A stretch of 63,366 bases of DNA, the filler included, from Rhabdomonas costata (lineage: Eukaryota), in assembly GCA_019059605.1 (NCBI GenBank). It is 51 parts of 51 records of this genome, joined end to end, with 100 filler letters (N's around TTAATTAATTAA, not from the genome) between each part and the next. Parts side by side here need not be neighbours in the genome. Positions count along the whole stretch, not along the records: positions 24,909 to 26,052 come from JAHMHO010026424.1; positions 26,153 to 27,291 come from JAHMHO010026425.1; positions 27,392 to 28,535 come from JAHMHO010026426.1; positions 28,636 to 29,779 come from JAHMHO010026427.1; positions 29,880 to 31,023 come from JAHMHO010026428.1; positions 31,124 to 32,267 come from JAHMHO010026429.1; positions 32,368 to 33,511 come from JAHMHO010026430.1; positions 33,612 to 34,755 come from JAHMHO010026431.1; 43 more parts are not named here. One strand, written 5' to 3'. The translations under genes were made by a program, and so were the position numbers. The notes beneath the pieces are model-generated. The model was not told where the DNA came from, made no database searches, and worked only from the letters and a program-made list of their open reading frames with translations. Within the stretch, counting starts at the first letter, position 1. Each line of letters begins with the position of its first letter. Below are positions 25,616-38,061 of this stretch, in pieces.

Positions 25616-27505
25616 CTGGTGGACAAAAGAAGGAGGGAGGGAAAAATAATGCGAATAAGGGCAGGACAGGTAATACTATCTGTCTAAAATTTAACTTCAA
25701 TAAAACGGCTTACAAAGGCTACCAATCTTTCTGCATCCTCTGCAGGGAGAACATTGCGCCCTTTCACCCCGACTTTCCGCGTGACCCCGCCGACTGTTGT
25801 GGGGAGGTCACCAGCCACCGAGGTGTACATCCACGTCTTCCGTATGTTCCCTTTGAAAACGGTCTGAAATTACCTTGCCACAGATAGTTCCCTAATTACC
25901 CACCCTTACCAACAAACATTAAACCTAGTCTGCCTTTTACTCCTTACGAGTTGAAGGGCGGCGAACGAGCAGTGAACCTGCAGAGAGCAGCATTGAGACG
26001 AATCCCGGCACAATCCTTAAACGTTGGACAGGGCTACAGACCCAAAACCAACNNNNNNNNNNNNNNNNNNNNNNNNNNNNNNNNNNNNNNNNNNNNTTAA
26101 TTAATTAANNNNNNNNNNNNNNNNNNNNNNNNNNNNNNNNNNNNNNNNNNNNTTGTTTCGCGACCAATACTGACGAGGCGAAACACAAGATGCTCATTCT
26201 TCCATGCAAGGGAAGAGGACTTTGAAAGGGAAGAGGACTTTACCAAGACAGGCAAAAGCAATGTTTTTGCCTGGTTGACTGGTGCAAAATTAGTTTCAGG
26301 AGCTTGCATGGAAGAATGAACATCTTGTGTTTCGCCTCGTCAGTATTGGTCGCGAAATCTCCAAACTTGTCAAGAAATACCATCACCCAGTCGGGTGGGC
26401 GGGGCACTAGACAGACAAGGCACCTAACCCCCCGTTAGGTGCAAGCAATTTATGGCCAGTGCTAATAATTGATTAACCTATCGCTGGGACATGCATATCG
26501 CCCTCATACGAGACCGATCACCTCTCCCGCGGGACACGTGTGCTGGACCCCTCCCCCAACATTCACATACGTGCGCGGTACCGGCAAAGGGCGTTCAAGC
26601 CCCCCACCTTTCCAACCATCCATCGGGAATCGGGAGGTGCTGGAATCTTGGACGGAAACCGGTTCACAACGGCACAGAGGAACCTTGTAGACCAGATCCT
26701 CACTGGGGCAGGGTAGCATGCCCAATTAATTAAAAACAAGATGAGTGGTAAGAGGCCTCTTAACGCCGGGAGGAGGCAGCTCCCCCAGGCCCCCTCTCAC
26801 GTGCACCGCCTTTGCAACGTGCCTCGCCAGCAAATCCCAACTCCCAACGCCCGTTGGACGACAGTCTAACACCTCCCCTCACCGAACAGTGGATCCCCCA
26901 AAGCGTCCAGGAAATGAGCCGACAGGATGGCATCCAAAAGAACGGCGCAAATGAAGCATGAGGCCCAGGAAGAACTCGTCAAATTTTCAAGGATTTTTCT
27001 TTTCTTTTCGAAAAAGTCCGTTTCCAAAACAACAACATCTCAGTTTTTTCAAATGAATGTGGCTGCAAACGGGCGATCCCCTACAAGCCATAAGAACGGG
27101 CGTTTGATCACCTCCTTGCAGAGCAGAGATTCGGGGGACGTCCACTACCCAGAATTTCACCAACACACTAAAATTGAAACTCAACCAAAAATTTTGGTGA
27201 ACGAAATAACCCATAAACGCACAACTGCAGTGATGCGCGAAAAGGAATCATACCTCCATACGGCTCGCCAGGTTCACCGTCTTGCCCCAAANNNNNNNNN
27301 NNNNNNNNNNNNNNNNNNNNNNNNNNNNNNNNNNNTTAATTAATTAANNNNNNNNNNNNNNNNNNNNNNNNNNNNNNNNNNNNNNNNNNNNCGAATCCAG
27401 ATCTTCAATAAAAAATACAGGTTTAGCAAAGCGATGAAAAGCATGAAACCCAGCATGGCATCGGTGAGGAGGTGGCAAGTCAAAGGGCGTGGACAAGGAG
27501 CACAC

Positions 27506-28120
27506 CAATTGTTCACCACCATCAGCACGAACAACATCTGAACAAAACCACAGGAAAGCGAACAACACTGGCAGTACAAAAGACAAAAACTTACAAATGG
27601 AGACAGTCTTTCGATCAATGGCAGGGATGATTACAACGCATTATTTCCATTATGTGCTCTTAACGGCTCTCCTGCTGCTTAAGGGCTCTCCACCACATCC
27701 GCCTCCCTCTTTAGCCCCCCTTAGCCTCTTTTTCAGCCAAAGCATTCCCCAAACCCAGAAAAAAAAGAGTCCGTCCGCGAAATACCAACGTCGAAGTGCC
27801 TCGAAAGAAGTCAAAGAAGAAAGCAAGGTGATCGGAAGTATTCGTCATTCCACTCAATAACTCACAAATACCCGCATGCAGTTCGCAAAGTCGTTGAAGT
27901 TCAGCGCGTAGTAGTTCCCGGCGTCGTACAGAGAGCCCTGCAGGTCGGGGTTGCCGACGTGCAGAAGACCTCCAAACCACACCGAGCCCCACCCCGCAAA
28001 GATGTAGAACCACACCACCAGAAGCATCAGGATCGTCCGCACCGCAACCACCACCCGTGGCACGGCGCGGACGTACGCCGACCACCGAGGGTGCCATGTC
28101 AGCAGCCTCAGCAGCAGAGT
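27506..28120 (-). CDS. Two-pore channel (TPC) S4-S5-pore region (exons 28120-27872 and 27537-27506)
   Basis: Spliced product GSLYDAGNYYALNFNDFANCMR|MLFVLMVVNNW carries the TPC domain II filter VVNNW. Confidence 0.85.
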
Positions 28121-28696
28121 CTGCGAAGCGACATGAGGCGCGAGTGTGCAGCGATCCATATTGAAACGCCTGAAGAACCTTTGACGCCCGCCGAAGAACA
28201 CACACGGAAATGCACTTTATACAGGTAAGTACCCGTGGAATTATGTACTGCAGCAAAACATGCAGCATAACTAGTGTGTATAATAAAGAGAACGCAGGCT
28301 CCCTGGTTCCATTGGTTCAGCAATAACAGGGGATTGCAGAAGGAGCGCGAGGGGGAGGGCCTCCCAAGCGATGACAGGTACCCAGGGGATTTCAATGGGA
28401 ATATTTTGGGGATTAGAGAGCGCAGCGTGCATGTCCACCAGGAATTCTCCAAGCAGTTTTTGGCCAAAGACCTGGCGCAGGCCCCTGACAAAGACGATAT
28501 GACCCAAATTAATACGGCACGTGTCCCCCACAACCNNNNNNNNNNNNNNNNNNNNNNNNNNNNNNNNNNNNNNNNNNNNTTAATTAATTAANNNNNNNNN
28601 NNNNNNNNNNNNNNNNNNNNNNNNNNNNNNNNNNNGTGTTGGGTGTGGTTGGGTTGGTGTTTTCAGAGGTAACCTACCTCTCGCTCGGTTTGGTAG

Positions 28697-29345
28697 GAAA
28701 GGTTGGCGAAGCTCGCGGCAGAGGCTGCTCCGCCGAAGGACTCGAGCAAACCAGAGGACTCCGCTGCAGCTCCCGCCCCCCCTTGCGCTGCTGTGGCCGC
28801 AGAGAAGCCAGGCTCCTCTGAGGACCTGGCGTGGCTGTGGAACCCCGAGTTCCAAGAGAAGTGCGAGAGGTGCGTGGCGTGGGGTGTGTTCGCCGCTGAG
28901 GTTACCTTGGAACGTATGCACATAGGCACCTCGTGTCCTGGTCTTCCCGCAGCACCCTTCTCTTGCCCTCTTTGCTGCACCTTTGGGGGGACTTTGTTTG
29001 GGGACATTGCACCACCGAGTGATGTGATAGGAGGCAAGATCACTCTCACCCAAACCTTCGACCCAATCGCAGGATGACATGACTGGGATGGGGCCTAAGC
29101 CGAAGTCTGGAGTCCGATTCCGCTCTATCAATGGATGGGCAGTAGTCCATGGTTGGGTTAACTGTTGGCATCCCAATCAGTTGCTCTTGTAATATCATGT
29201 ATACATGATATTTGCATGCATTTTTGTGCTTGTGTCGATGCACAGAATGAGAAAGGCGAAGGGGAAAGCTGCCCGCCGGAAGGCATTGGCCGAGGCTGCC
29301 GCGGTGAGGGACAAGTTGGGCAGCGCGGAAGCGCCGGCTCAGTAG
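28697..29345 (+). CDS. Last two exons of an unknown protein (28697-28869 and 29246-29345)
   Basis: ERLAKLAAE...WLWNPEFQEKCE R|MRKAKGKAARRKALAE...APAQ*; phase-2 GT-AG intron. Confidence 0.6.
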
Positions 29346-32194
29346 TCCAGCGCCGCACTGCGGCGCTTTACCACTGCGCACCCGCTTCCTATACACTGTA
29401 CTTAGTGGATTTCACACCTGTGCCCGAAATCTATGCTGGTGTCCCCCGTGCTGACTGACTGAATACCTTCGGCTGCCATGACGTAAGGCTAGTCTCTAAG
29501 ACTCCGGGCGAAGAGGAGTACCCGGACGTTTGTGGCTAATTGTGATGGTGGTGACGGATTGTAGATGTGTTGGAAGGTCCGCTGATGCGTCGTCAGCGGG
29601 CAGGGGCTCTTCGTAAATGTCGCCTCCCTGGACTGCTCATTGTGTCGAGAAGACAAATCTGGTGTGAGGACGGAAGGGCAGACCTCAGCTGGACAGAGCT
29701 GCCCCCCGCTGACGACGCATCAGCGGACCTTCCAACACATCTACAATCCGTCACCACCATCACAATTAGCCACCAACACNNNNNNNNNNNNNNNNNNNNN
29801 NNNNNNNNNNNNNNNNNNNNNNNTTAATTAATTAANNNNNNNNNNNNNNNNNNNNNNNNNNNNNNNNNNNNNNNNNNNNTTGTTTTGGGTACGGAGGTAT
29901 CCTTGGAAGGGTAACATTTCGTATTATACTTTCTGTCCATATACTCCGCGATGCAGCCTCAGCCCAGAAAGCACACCCTGCAGAAGCCTGCATCGCGGAG
30001 TATATGGACAGAAAGTATAATACGAAATGTTACCCTTCCAAGGATACCTCCGTACTCAAAATATGCAAATAAATTCTCTCACCACAGAGCTCATCATCAC
30101 GAACGAACATTGCACCGTCGCGAGCCCGAGCAGGGCTCCACGCTTTTGCCCGCTCCTGGCCACCATCCCGTCCTCCTAAAGCCTTTGAGAGAGAGCCGGT
30201 GACGCCAAAGTAGCGAGCGAATCTACCCACCGCAATCCGGCAAGACAAGTGCGTGCACGCACTACAACCCAGGGAGGCAGGCAGGCGATTTGTCGACTTT
30301 GCATCCGCAGTTACCCGAGGTCCGCCACATCCGCACCCCCACCCCCCTGAATCCCAAACTCCTCGTCGCCATATCGGAGGAAGTGAAGAACCTGCCAAAG
30401 CGGACCAGCTCGGTGTCGGTGCACAGACGACTGCCAAAGGTCAGGCTGCAGTGCTGCGCCCACAGCGCTTGCACAAGATTCGGTGAGGGCTCCGAGACGG
30501 GCGCCAAGTCTACCAACAGCCCCTGCGCAAAACGTCCAAACTTGTAGATTCATGTGCTCTCTTTCTCCTCCCGTTTTTTTTGACGACGAGTAACGAGTGT
30601 GCCAGGTATCGAGATACAAATGTGACAAACATGATGTCTGCACAGCACAGCAATGAGTGCGAAGCCACGCGCTGCGGTTTGTGTTTTATTGATATGATTT
30701 TGGAGCCCTGCGAGGCAAAGATGGAGCGCAGGATTGATCACCTGTAGCTGCGCAACAACGCGTGCAGTTTTGTTGGTTTGAAACGCAAGGGTCGGGTGAG
30801 TTTGTGGGGTTGGACGAATCAAGAAACAATCGTTCCAACCACAGATGAACATCCGGACATCAGAGAGAGAGAGAGGTCAGTGTTGTCCAGCCATGCGTTG
30901 TTTTCGAAAACTGCTGTCACATGGATCCCTGCGGCGCATTCCAAGCACTGCCCAATCGATTCTGCAGTGCGAACGAACAACACAGGGCACCTGGGCCACC
31001 CTGCGGCCTTCCGTCACGCTCCANNNNNNNNNNNNNNNNNNNNNNNNNNNNNNNNNNNNNNNNNNNNTTAATTAATTAANNNNNNNNNNNNNNNNNNNNN
31101 NNNNNNNNNNNNNNNNNNNNNNNTTGCGCGGTATGCTGTCTTTGTGACTGTGTGAATGGTGTGGTGCTTGTGTGCACCACAGAAAGAAATACATCTGTTC
31201 CCTTCAACACCCCATCCACGATCCGCTGAGCCGACCCTTTTTTTCCCGTATGAATTGTGTGGCGAGGAGTGGCCTGAAAAGCGCGCAGAGAGCCTGCTTT
31301 CCTTCGCCCTCCCTCTCAATACCAATCTATTTTCTTGATTGTGAGTATAGGACATCCAACGCTGATGATTGGCTAGTTTCCCTACCCAGTTGCCCTTCGC
31401 TTGGGACTCAGGAACAAAATATGAAACGCGAGGTAGTTTCGTAGGCCATGGACGTGGGTGTACCTTCACCGACGCTGTTGCCAATTATATGGATGATAAT
31501 ATGTCGGCAATCGCGAGTAACCCTAACCCGACTGTGGTTCTTTCTTGATTACTCGCCACGCGGCGCTCCTGCTACGGTGTCCCATGGGGTGCCGCGCGGG
31601 CGCTGTAGGATTGAACCTGAATCCGAGGAACCTGATAAATCGGCAAATTATAAAATCCGGACTCTGTTAAAAACCCGCAATCTTGTTATGTGAAGAGAGA
31701 GAGAGAAGAGATTGTCGGTGGAGATGCGTACTCGAGATGGAGTATATAGAGGCCTCGCGCAAAGCGTGAATGGCGAAGAACTCATCGTATTGCTGGCCTC
31801 ATCTCCACACCTTGCTTGCCGCATCCTCAAAACCTCTCTCCCTGCCAACCTCCTTCTCTTGCCCCTGCCTGCTATGCCTGAACGGGCGCATTTACACTTC
31901 CCCCTTGTTTCCTGCACCTTATGCCTGCACCTTATGTGTTGCATAAGGAGGGCCCTCGACGAGTGTTGTTCGGCTAAAGTGAAAGTTGCTTTTCCGTCGC
32001 TGGGGTGCGTTACCTAACCTTCAGGCGCCTGTTTTCTGGATTTCGCCCCGTCACCATTGTTACCGGTACTGCGTTCGGTCACTTTGGACTCGGCCGAACT
32101 CGACTCGGCTTGGCTTGGCGCCACTCCGCCCTCCCCCCCCCTCTCTCTCTCGCTCACGCTCCCTTTATTTGTGTGTGGTCTGTGAGAAACCGCA

Positions 32195-32267
32195 ATGCAG
32201 AGCTCACCGCAGGCTGGGAAGGTGCTCTGCGTGGAGGACTTCGAGGAGGAGCGTACCCCCAGCGAGG
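32195..32267 (+). CDS. Start of a possible CEP164-like (pre-WW domain) protein
   Basis: MQSSPQAGKVLCVEDFEEERTPSE resembles the VLEED.DE...PSE motif; short and truncated by the contig end. Confidence 0.4.
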
Positions 32268-32585
32268 NNNNNNNNNNNNNNNNNNNNNNNNNNNNNNNNN
32301 NNNNNNNNNNNTTAATTAATTAANNNNNNNNNNNNNNNNNNNNNNNNNNNNNNNNNNNNNNNNNNNNGGGGTGGGGTTATCCACCACAGCACAGGGCACA
32401 AGGCAACGCGCTGCTCTGCATTTAACCCTGAGACTTTTAAAGTTCGAATTCATGGGCTCCATGGCTGATTAATTCCTCGGTTCCGCGCGGGACAATTATA
32501 GATCTGACTGCATCCCCATTAATGTTGTGCCCAGCAACAAAGAGAAAGATCGAAAGAGCGTGTGTGTTTGTGTCGGAGTCCAAAC

Positions 32586-32802
32586 CACTCTGCGGGCTGG
32601 ATCTGCTGCCAGGCCCAGTAGATCAGCACCGCGGCCAGCACGGAAACCAGCATGGACATCGCCAGCGCAAGCCCCTCCGCAGGCCTCAGCTGCAGCTCGA
32701 CGTCCAGGTCCTGGCTGTCCTGGTGACCCGGCTCCTCCTCCGAGGGGTTCCGGGTCGGCATGTGGACCTCCGTAAAGTAAGCAAGGTGGAAGGCCACCGC
32801 GG
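32586..32802 (-). CDS. Internal exon of a membrane protein
   Basis: tttcag| ... LALAMSMLVSVLAAVLIYWAWQQ ... |gtttgg; GC3-rich with one transmembrane segment. Confidence 0.6.
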
Positions 32803-34409
32803 CTGAAACAAAACGAAAAAATCTGCAACACCCCCCTCCCCTCCCACGCCCTGACATGCAGACTCCCTCAGTCGAGTCAGCTTGGGCCATCCAGAGCGTC
32901 GGTCTCCATTCCGTCAGTGTTTCCTCTCCATATGTTCACCTCACAAACACGAACGATCTGACACAATTGCCTGCACAAAAGCACTCGTGAGTCTCGCTTT
33001 TGGTTGAGGACAGTTTCCCACGGTCCGCGCACCGGCATCCCGTCGCATAAGCGCTATTTTGCTGACTTAAGGCAAAATCCATGTGAATGTACACAGGGGG
33101 GATGAGAGCTGCCTACAATAGCGTGTGAGGGAGTAAAAGAGGAAAAAGGTCAGTGTGCTTACGAACAATGACGAATGCAGCAATGCAATCCAAGGGGCCC
33201 AAAGTAGTCCCTTGGCCAGCCGCACTGTAGATGGCAAAAAAAGTGTTCACGTGTCCGCGGTTATGGGAGCACTTGTGAGGAGCTTAGAGGCTGTTTCCTG
33301 TGCACGCCACGAGGGTGAAAGCACCGGTGCAGGAGTGGGTGAAACCGAACTGCAAAATGGAAACCGAAATGCGAACACGGCTGACGAAGGGGTTTGACGG
33401 AAAGCAAAGCAAGAAGGTAAAAGCAGTGAATGCAATGCATATCCCATCAAACGAAGCTGGCCTGCTCGAATCGGGTGAAAGGAGCACTTAGGACTCCGCC
33501 ACCCCCACCCCNNNNNNNNNNNNNNNNNNNNNNNNNNNNNNNNNNNNNNNNNNNNTTAATTAATTAANNNNNNNNNNNNNNNNNNNNNNNNNNNNNNNNN
33601 NNNNNNNNNNNTTGGAGGGTGGCTCCTGTTTCGGCCATGTGAAGCTTTAAAGGAAAGGCAAAAATACGTCACTGTCTGTTCCAAATGTCTCCACACGACA
33701 ATCCGGAGGTTCGTCTTGATTCATTGTTATTGTTTAATTATATTTTTCTTTGTTTTTGTAGAGTTATTGATTGCCTAAGCCTGGATCTTGTTGTGTGCTC
33801 TTATGAGTTTTGTGTGCATATTTTGGTGAAAAGAAAATCTTCCCTCCGATGCCCCATTTCGGCAACTTAAAAGATTATGACAAAAGCACAGAAGCTCTTC
33901 AGGGACCTGTTGAAAAGTCCGCAAGAACTCCAGCCGCTTGCACGTTTATGAGGACGGTGCTCGTCGAACTCACGTCGAGCTTTCTTCCCCCAGCTTTACT
34001 TCCAAAGTAGTGAAAAGAAAGGGACAAAGTGCTTTGGGCAAATTCATTCGCCAGTCTGCAGCGCCAAACAAAAACTCTTGGAGGCCACGCGAAAATAGAA
34101 AGCGCCGTCAAGATCATTGCAAAAACGCCAAGTAAATTGCAAAAAAAAAAAGCACCACCACGGGCGACCAGGTGTTGGTGAGTTCCTTCGCGTTATTAAC
34201 ACTGTGGCTGGTTGGGGACCACTTTCTTTTCATTCTGCTGTGCGTATAAAATTGCATGGTTCTTCTTCTTCCAACTCCGTGTTGGTGGTTAGAGAAAGTG
34301 ATGGCAGCTGAGGTGTGTTTAAAACGCTCGGCACACGTCCCTTTTCCAAGATCGTACGTTTTTGACTATTGCCATTGTGTAATTGTGTAGAGGTTGTGAT
34401 CCGAGCGGG

Positions 34410-34625
34410 AAGGAAAGAGCAGCTGCGCGGCAGCGTGGCCCGGGACCACATGGTTACCACATGTGGAACGTTCGGCGGTGAGCCGGTTCCGGTTCTCCAG
34501 GGCGCCGTTCCCTCCAACGGCACCTCTCGCTAGCACCCGTGGCCAACAGTCCGTGCGCCCGTCAGTCCAGAGTGGTCCCCAACAATCAACAGGCAACAGC
34601 CAGCGCGCATTGGGCCCAACACATG
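34410..34625 (+). mobile_element. Short interspersed element (SINE-like), copy 3
   Basis: AAAGAGCAGCTGCGCG..TGGCCCGGGACC..GGTTACCACATGTGGAACGTT..CTCCAACGGCACCTCTCGC..GGCAACAGCCAGCGCGCATTGGGCCCAACACA, collinear with copy 2. Confidence 0.85.
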
Positions 34626-34907
34626 CAGAGAGAACACAACGCGGACTAAAAATTTAGAAGCGAAAGCTGGCAGCACACACCGGCAGACTAACAACTCGGC
34701 ACCTTTAATGATACGTGGTTTCTTTAAAACATGCGTTGGCTATGTTCCAACCCCANNNNNNNNNNNNNNNNNNNNNNNNNNNNNNNNNNNNNNNNNNNNT
34801 TAATTAATTAANNNNNNNNNNNNNNNNNNNNNNNNNNNNNNNNNNNNNNNNNNNNTGTTTGTGGGAGCCTATCGCGGTCAGGGCCTGCACCACCCTCTCT
34901 GCGGCAG

Positions 34908-35999
34908 TACCGCCTCGGTTCCAGCCCTCCGAGGAGTGCGTGACCCAACTGACAGACATGGGGTTTCCGCGGGAGAGGGTGGTGCAGGCCCTGACCGCGA
35001 TAGGCTCCAACAACACCAACCTGGCCACGGACTGGATCCTCACCCATATGGACGAGGAGCCGGAGCCCCTGCCGGAGGTGGAGGACGAGGAGAGCATCCT
35101 CCGCAGGGCCATCGCGATGTCTCTTGAGCAGGCTGAGACACCGCAGGAGCAGCAGGCACGCCGCCCTTGCAGCTCCGCCCCCCCCCCGTCAAGGAGGTTT
35201 TTGTTTTGTGGTTTTTTGTCTATGACAATTTTTGTGGCCGCACCACCAGGGGCGCGTCTGATGTGCAACCTGAGTTCATGCCCAGTTTGTCGTCAAGATT
35301 CTTGTTGTAATGTGTGAGACCCCAAGAGACCCCAAGGAACACCGAGAAGATCTTGACAACATAAATGTATTCACATGCATTCCTAGTCATCCAAGCCAAG
35401 GGCTGTTCAATCATCGCGCAGTCATACAAGGGGGACGCGGTGTACTTACAAACGGACTTGAAACTGCATGCGCAGAAATTCTGATCGAAGCGTTCCGTCT
35501 CATTCCAATGCCAGCATGAAGTTCCCCCGGCCCTTCTCATCCAGGAGGAGGCAAAGGACAAGCCCGAGGACCCTGCCCCCGTGACCGACCCCAGGGCGGT
35601 GCTCGCCAAGGAAGCCTTGGACTGGGCCTTTGCCCTGCTGGAGGGACCAAAGCGGCTGGAGCACGGCTGCGCGGACCTCCTCAACCTGCTCTGCGCCACT
35701 CCCTCTGCCACCCCCGCTGACGCGGCCGCTGCCTCTGTCCAGCCCAAGCCCCAGGCCAAGGTATTGGCGAAGCTGCTGGAGGCACTGCGACGACAGGTGC
35801 GGCAGGTGGAGGGCCAGCCCCCGCAGCTGACCCCAGAGCTGAAGGGGGCGCTGCAGTTGCCGTGGCTGCTTCTGTCGCAGCCCGGTAACTCAGCCATGGC
35901 CACAGAAGCAGCTTCCACCCCAGCTGTGGTGGAGGACATTCTTCTGGTTCTGGAGGCTGTGGCCTTGGCCCTGGCCAAGCGCTCAGGGGAGGCCAGTGG
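34908..35999 (+). CDS. UBA plus UIM region, HUWE1/UPL1-like E3 ligase architecture (exons about 34908-35155 and 35545-35999)
   Basis: QLTDMGFPRERVVQAL...ATDWILTH (UBA) followed by EESILRRAIAMSL (UIM); the phase-0 intron gcacgc...atccag is GC-AG. Confidence 0.8.
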
Positions 36000-36718
36000 N
36001 NNNNNNNNNNNNNNNNNNNNNNNNNNNNNNNNNNNNNNNNNNNTTAATTAATTAANNNNNNNNNNNNNNNNNNNNNNNNNNNNNNNNNNNNNNNNNNNNT
36101 GTGTTTGTTGCAATAATAGACTTTGGCTTATGGGCACATATCCCCAGACTTGATGGCGCTTCTTCTGTTTGTGTCTTGTGTTGTCGGCAGCCGAGGGAAG
36201 AACTGGAAGAAGAACAGCAAATTCCCCCAAAGCCCCAGGCCTGGCAGTGAAGTCCTCACTAGACCCCCTCCCTCAAGTTCTCAAATATCAAATTCCTTTG
36301 GCCCCTCAAGTCTTGCGCCCAACTTTTGTTCTCGACCCTTGGGAACCCATGTGATTTGTTAAATCCATTCGCAGCCCTTAGTGAGGTCCAGCTTGTTTGT
36401 TGTACAAACAAACAAACAAACAAACTTAGGTAAGTTACATCCAGAAACTCAGAATTTATTATGTTACGATTCCCATTTCTAGGAATGCTATTAATAGGCT
36501 GGTATGTATGCATACGATATTTTTAAACGCTTGCACGTTGCTGAGGCTAAATAGCACGTATTCTGAGCTTACGGTGCAACGTGCTATACCTCCCCGGTTG
36601 TTCAAGATTGAGCCAAGTGAGTGGGATCGGTTGCTTGTGCGGATGTCTCCGCCCTTTGAAAAGAAATCACACCACGCTCAGTTTATGTTGCTTTTTGATT
36701 CCCTCTGTTTTTGTTCAG

Positions 36719-36990
36719 GGGATGTCACTTCAGAGCAGCTTCGCAAGCTGGTGTTTGAGAAGATGTCTGCGGTGCCCACAGTATTAGACTACAGCATAGG
36801 CTTCAGCTCTGGGGAGCTCCTGGGGATTCGCCGTGACAGCCCAACCTCCGGTACCCTTCTTTGGCAAATCAGTAACAGCTTTACGGGATACCGCATTGCG
36901 AGCTTCCTTGCAGCAGGCTGGGGCCCGAACTGGCTTCCCTCGGCTGAAAGCATGAACACCACCGGGGCTCGCTACAACGCCACCCTGCGG
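36719..36990 (+). CDS. Exon of a Cache-like extracellular sensor domain (receptor cyclase/kinase type)
   Basis: YSIGFSSGELLG...RYNATLR| resembles the Cache Y.G...G and YD(P/A)..RPWY motifs; flanked by AG and GT. Confidence 0.55.
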
Positions 36991-37394
36991 GTATCTGCTT
37001 TTTGTGTGCCCAAGATTGGCTCATAAAGTACGTTACACCCTAAACTCACAACGGCACCATACCACATGGCTGTGTTTAAACCCTGTCTTTACCTACCTTT
37101 CAACAAACAGGGGGTTAGAGAATTGACAATTCGCTTCAAAAGATCAATACAATCACGGAATCACCCGGAAAAAATCGCGCCTTTGGGGCAGTAGTCTCTT
37201 TCCAGCATCCCATATCTAACTGCCTTTTAGGTTCCCCACCACCNNNNNNNNNNNNNNNNNNNNNNNNNNNNNNNNNNNNNNNNNNNNTTAATTAATTAAN
37301 NNNNNNNNNNNNNNNNNNNNNNNNNNNNNNNNNNNNNNNNNNNGGGGTAATTTCAAGAATCCGGTGAAACGGGGGATGCTTTAGAGAAGCAGAC

Positions 37395-38061
37395 CCGTAC
37401 AGCATTCGGACTGGCTGCAGGACAGAGACGAACAAACTGTGCCCGCGCTGCTTGAGGTGTGGCCCGTGGGGCAGGAGAAGGTGTTGCAGGTCGGGTTGGC
37501 TGCATCAATAGGAACCGAAAAAACAAAGAGATACGTGAACCTGAACACTGAACCTCACAGAAGCCTTGATCCATCATCAAAAGTAAACATAGAAATGCAG
37601 GCCAGTCACAAGGGTTCCTTGCTCAGGAGCCATGCAGTAGCAAACAAAAGCAAAAATACCACGCCACGCCACACAACACAACACATCACCACACCACACC
37701 ACACCACACCATACAACACCACACCAAACCATTCAAAACAGAACCATATCACACCGGATACGCCATAACGAAGCACAGCTCCACACCGAAAGTCAGAAAA
37801 ATGTTTCTATTTTTGTTTTCTGTTACTCGCGCTCCACAAACAACAAGCTCATTCGATCACTTCCTCTTCAGAATTGACCCCCCAAAACAGCAAGCGCCGA
37901 CGCCAAGCAATGAGGACACGAGCAGGCAAGTCACACACGGCATTGCGCAGACGCCACACCTGTGCAGCACTGGGAGGAGTCACAGATGCTGCATCCCGTG
38001 GAGGCTGCATTGGCAGTGTGGGTCGACGGGCAGGAGTAGTTGCTCCCACAGGTGGCCAGTA
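37395..38061 (-). CDS. Cys-rich repeat protein with one 6-Cys module per exon (38061-37960 and 37499-37395)
   Basis: VLATCGSNYSCPSTHTANAASTGCSICDSSQCCT and ANPTCNTFSCPTGHTSSSAGTVCSSLSCSQSECCT; both are phase 1-1 exons with canonical AG/GT. Confidence 0.85.
37657..37732 (+). repeat. Degenerate (CACCA)n pentamer repeat inside an intron
   Basis: Directly visible; a similar (GTGTG)n array occurs at 43564-43603. Confidence 0.85.

Noticed and set aside
26156-26357. Long inverted repeats (also about 29532-29772, 29889-30055, 34864-35007, 41086-41230, 43369-43452, 54456-54651, 57081-57146, 62226-62339) resembling MITEs, hairpin telomeres or pre-miRNAs
   Set aside because: Each has one arm at the very contig end beside a primer remnant, they share no sequence with each other, and one duplicates part of the UBA exon. 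They are fold-back chimeras from amplification.
27392-27505. Open frame after VVNNW that could be a TPC S6 helix or hide a non-conventional intron
   Set aside because: A canonical GT donor follows the Trp codon and the downstream peptide fits S6 only loosely; undecidable without cDNA.
34804-35047. Apparent second UBA fragment (ERVVQALTAIGS) on the minus strand
   Set aside because: It is the inverted chimeric copy of 34974-35007.
35220-35978. Long antisense ORFs (this 252-aa one and many others in the track)
   Set aside because: They are shadows of GC3-rich exons on the opposite strand, or chance ORFs through microsatellites.
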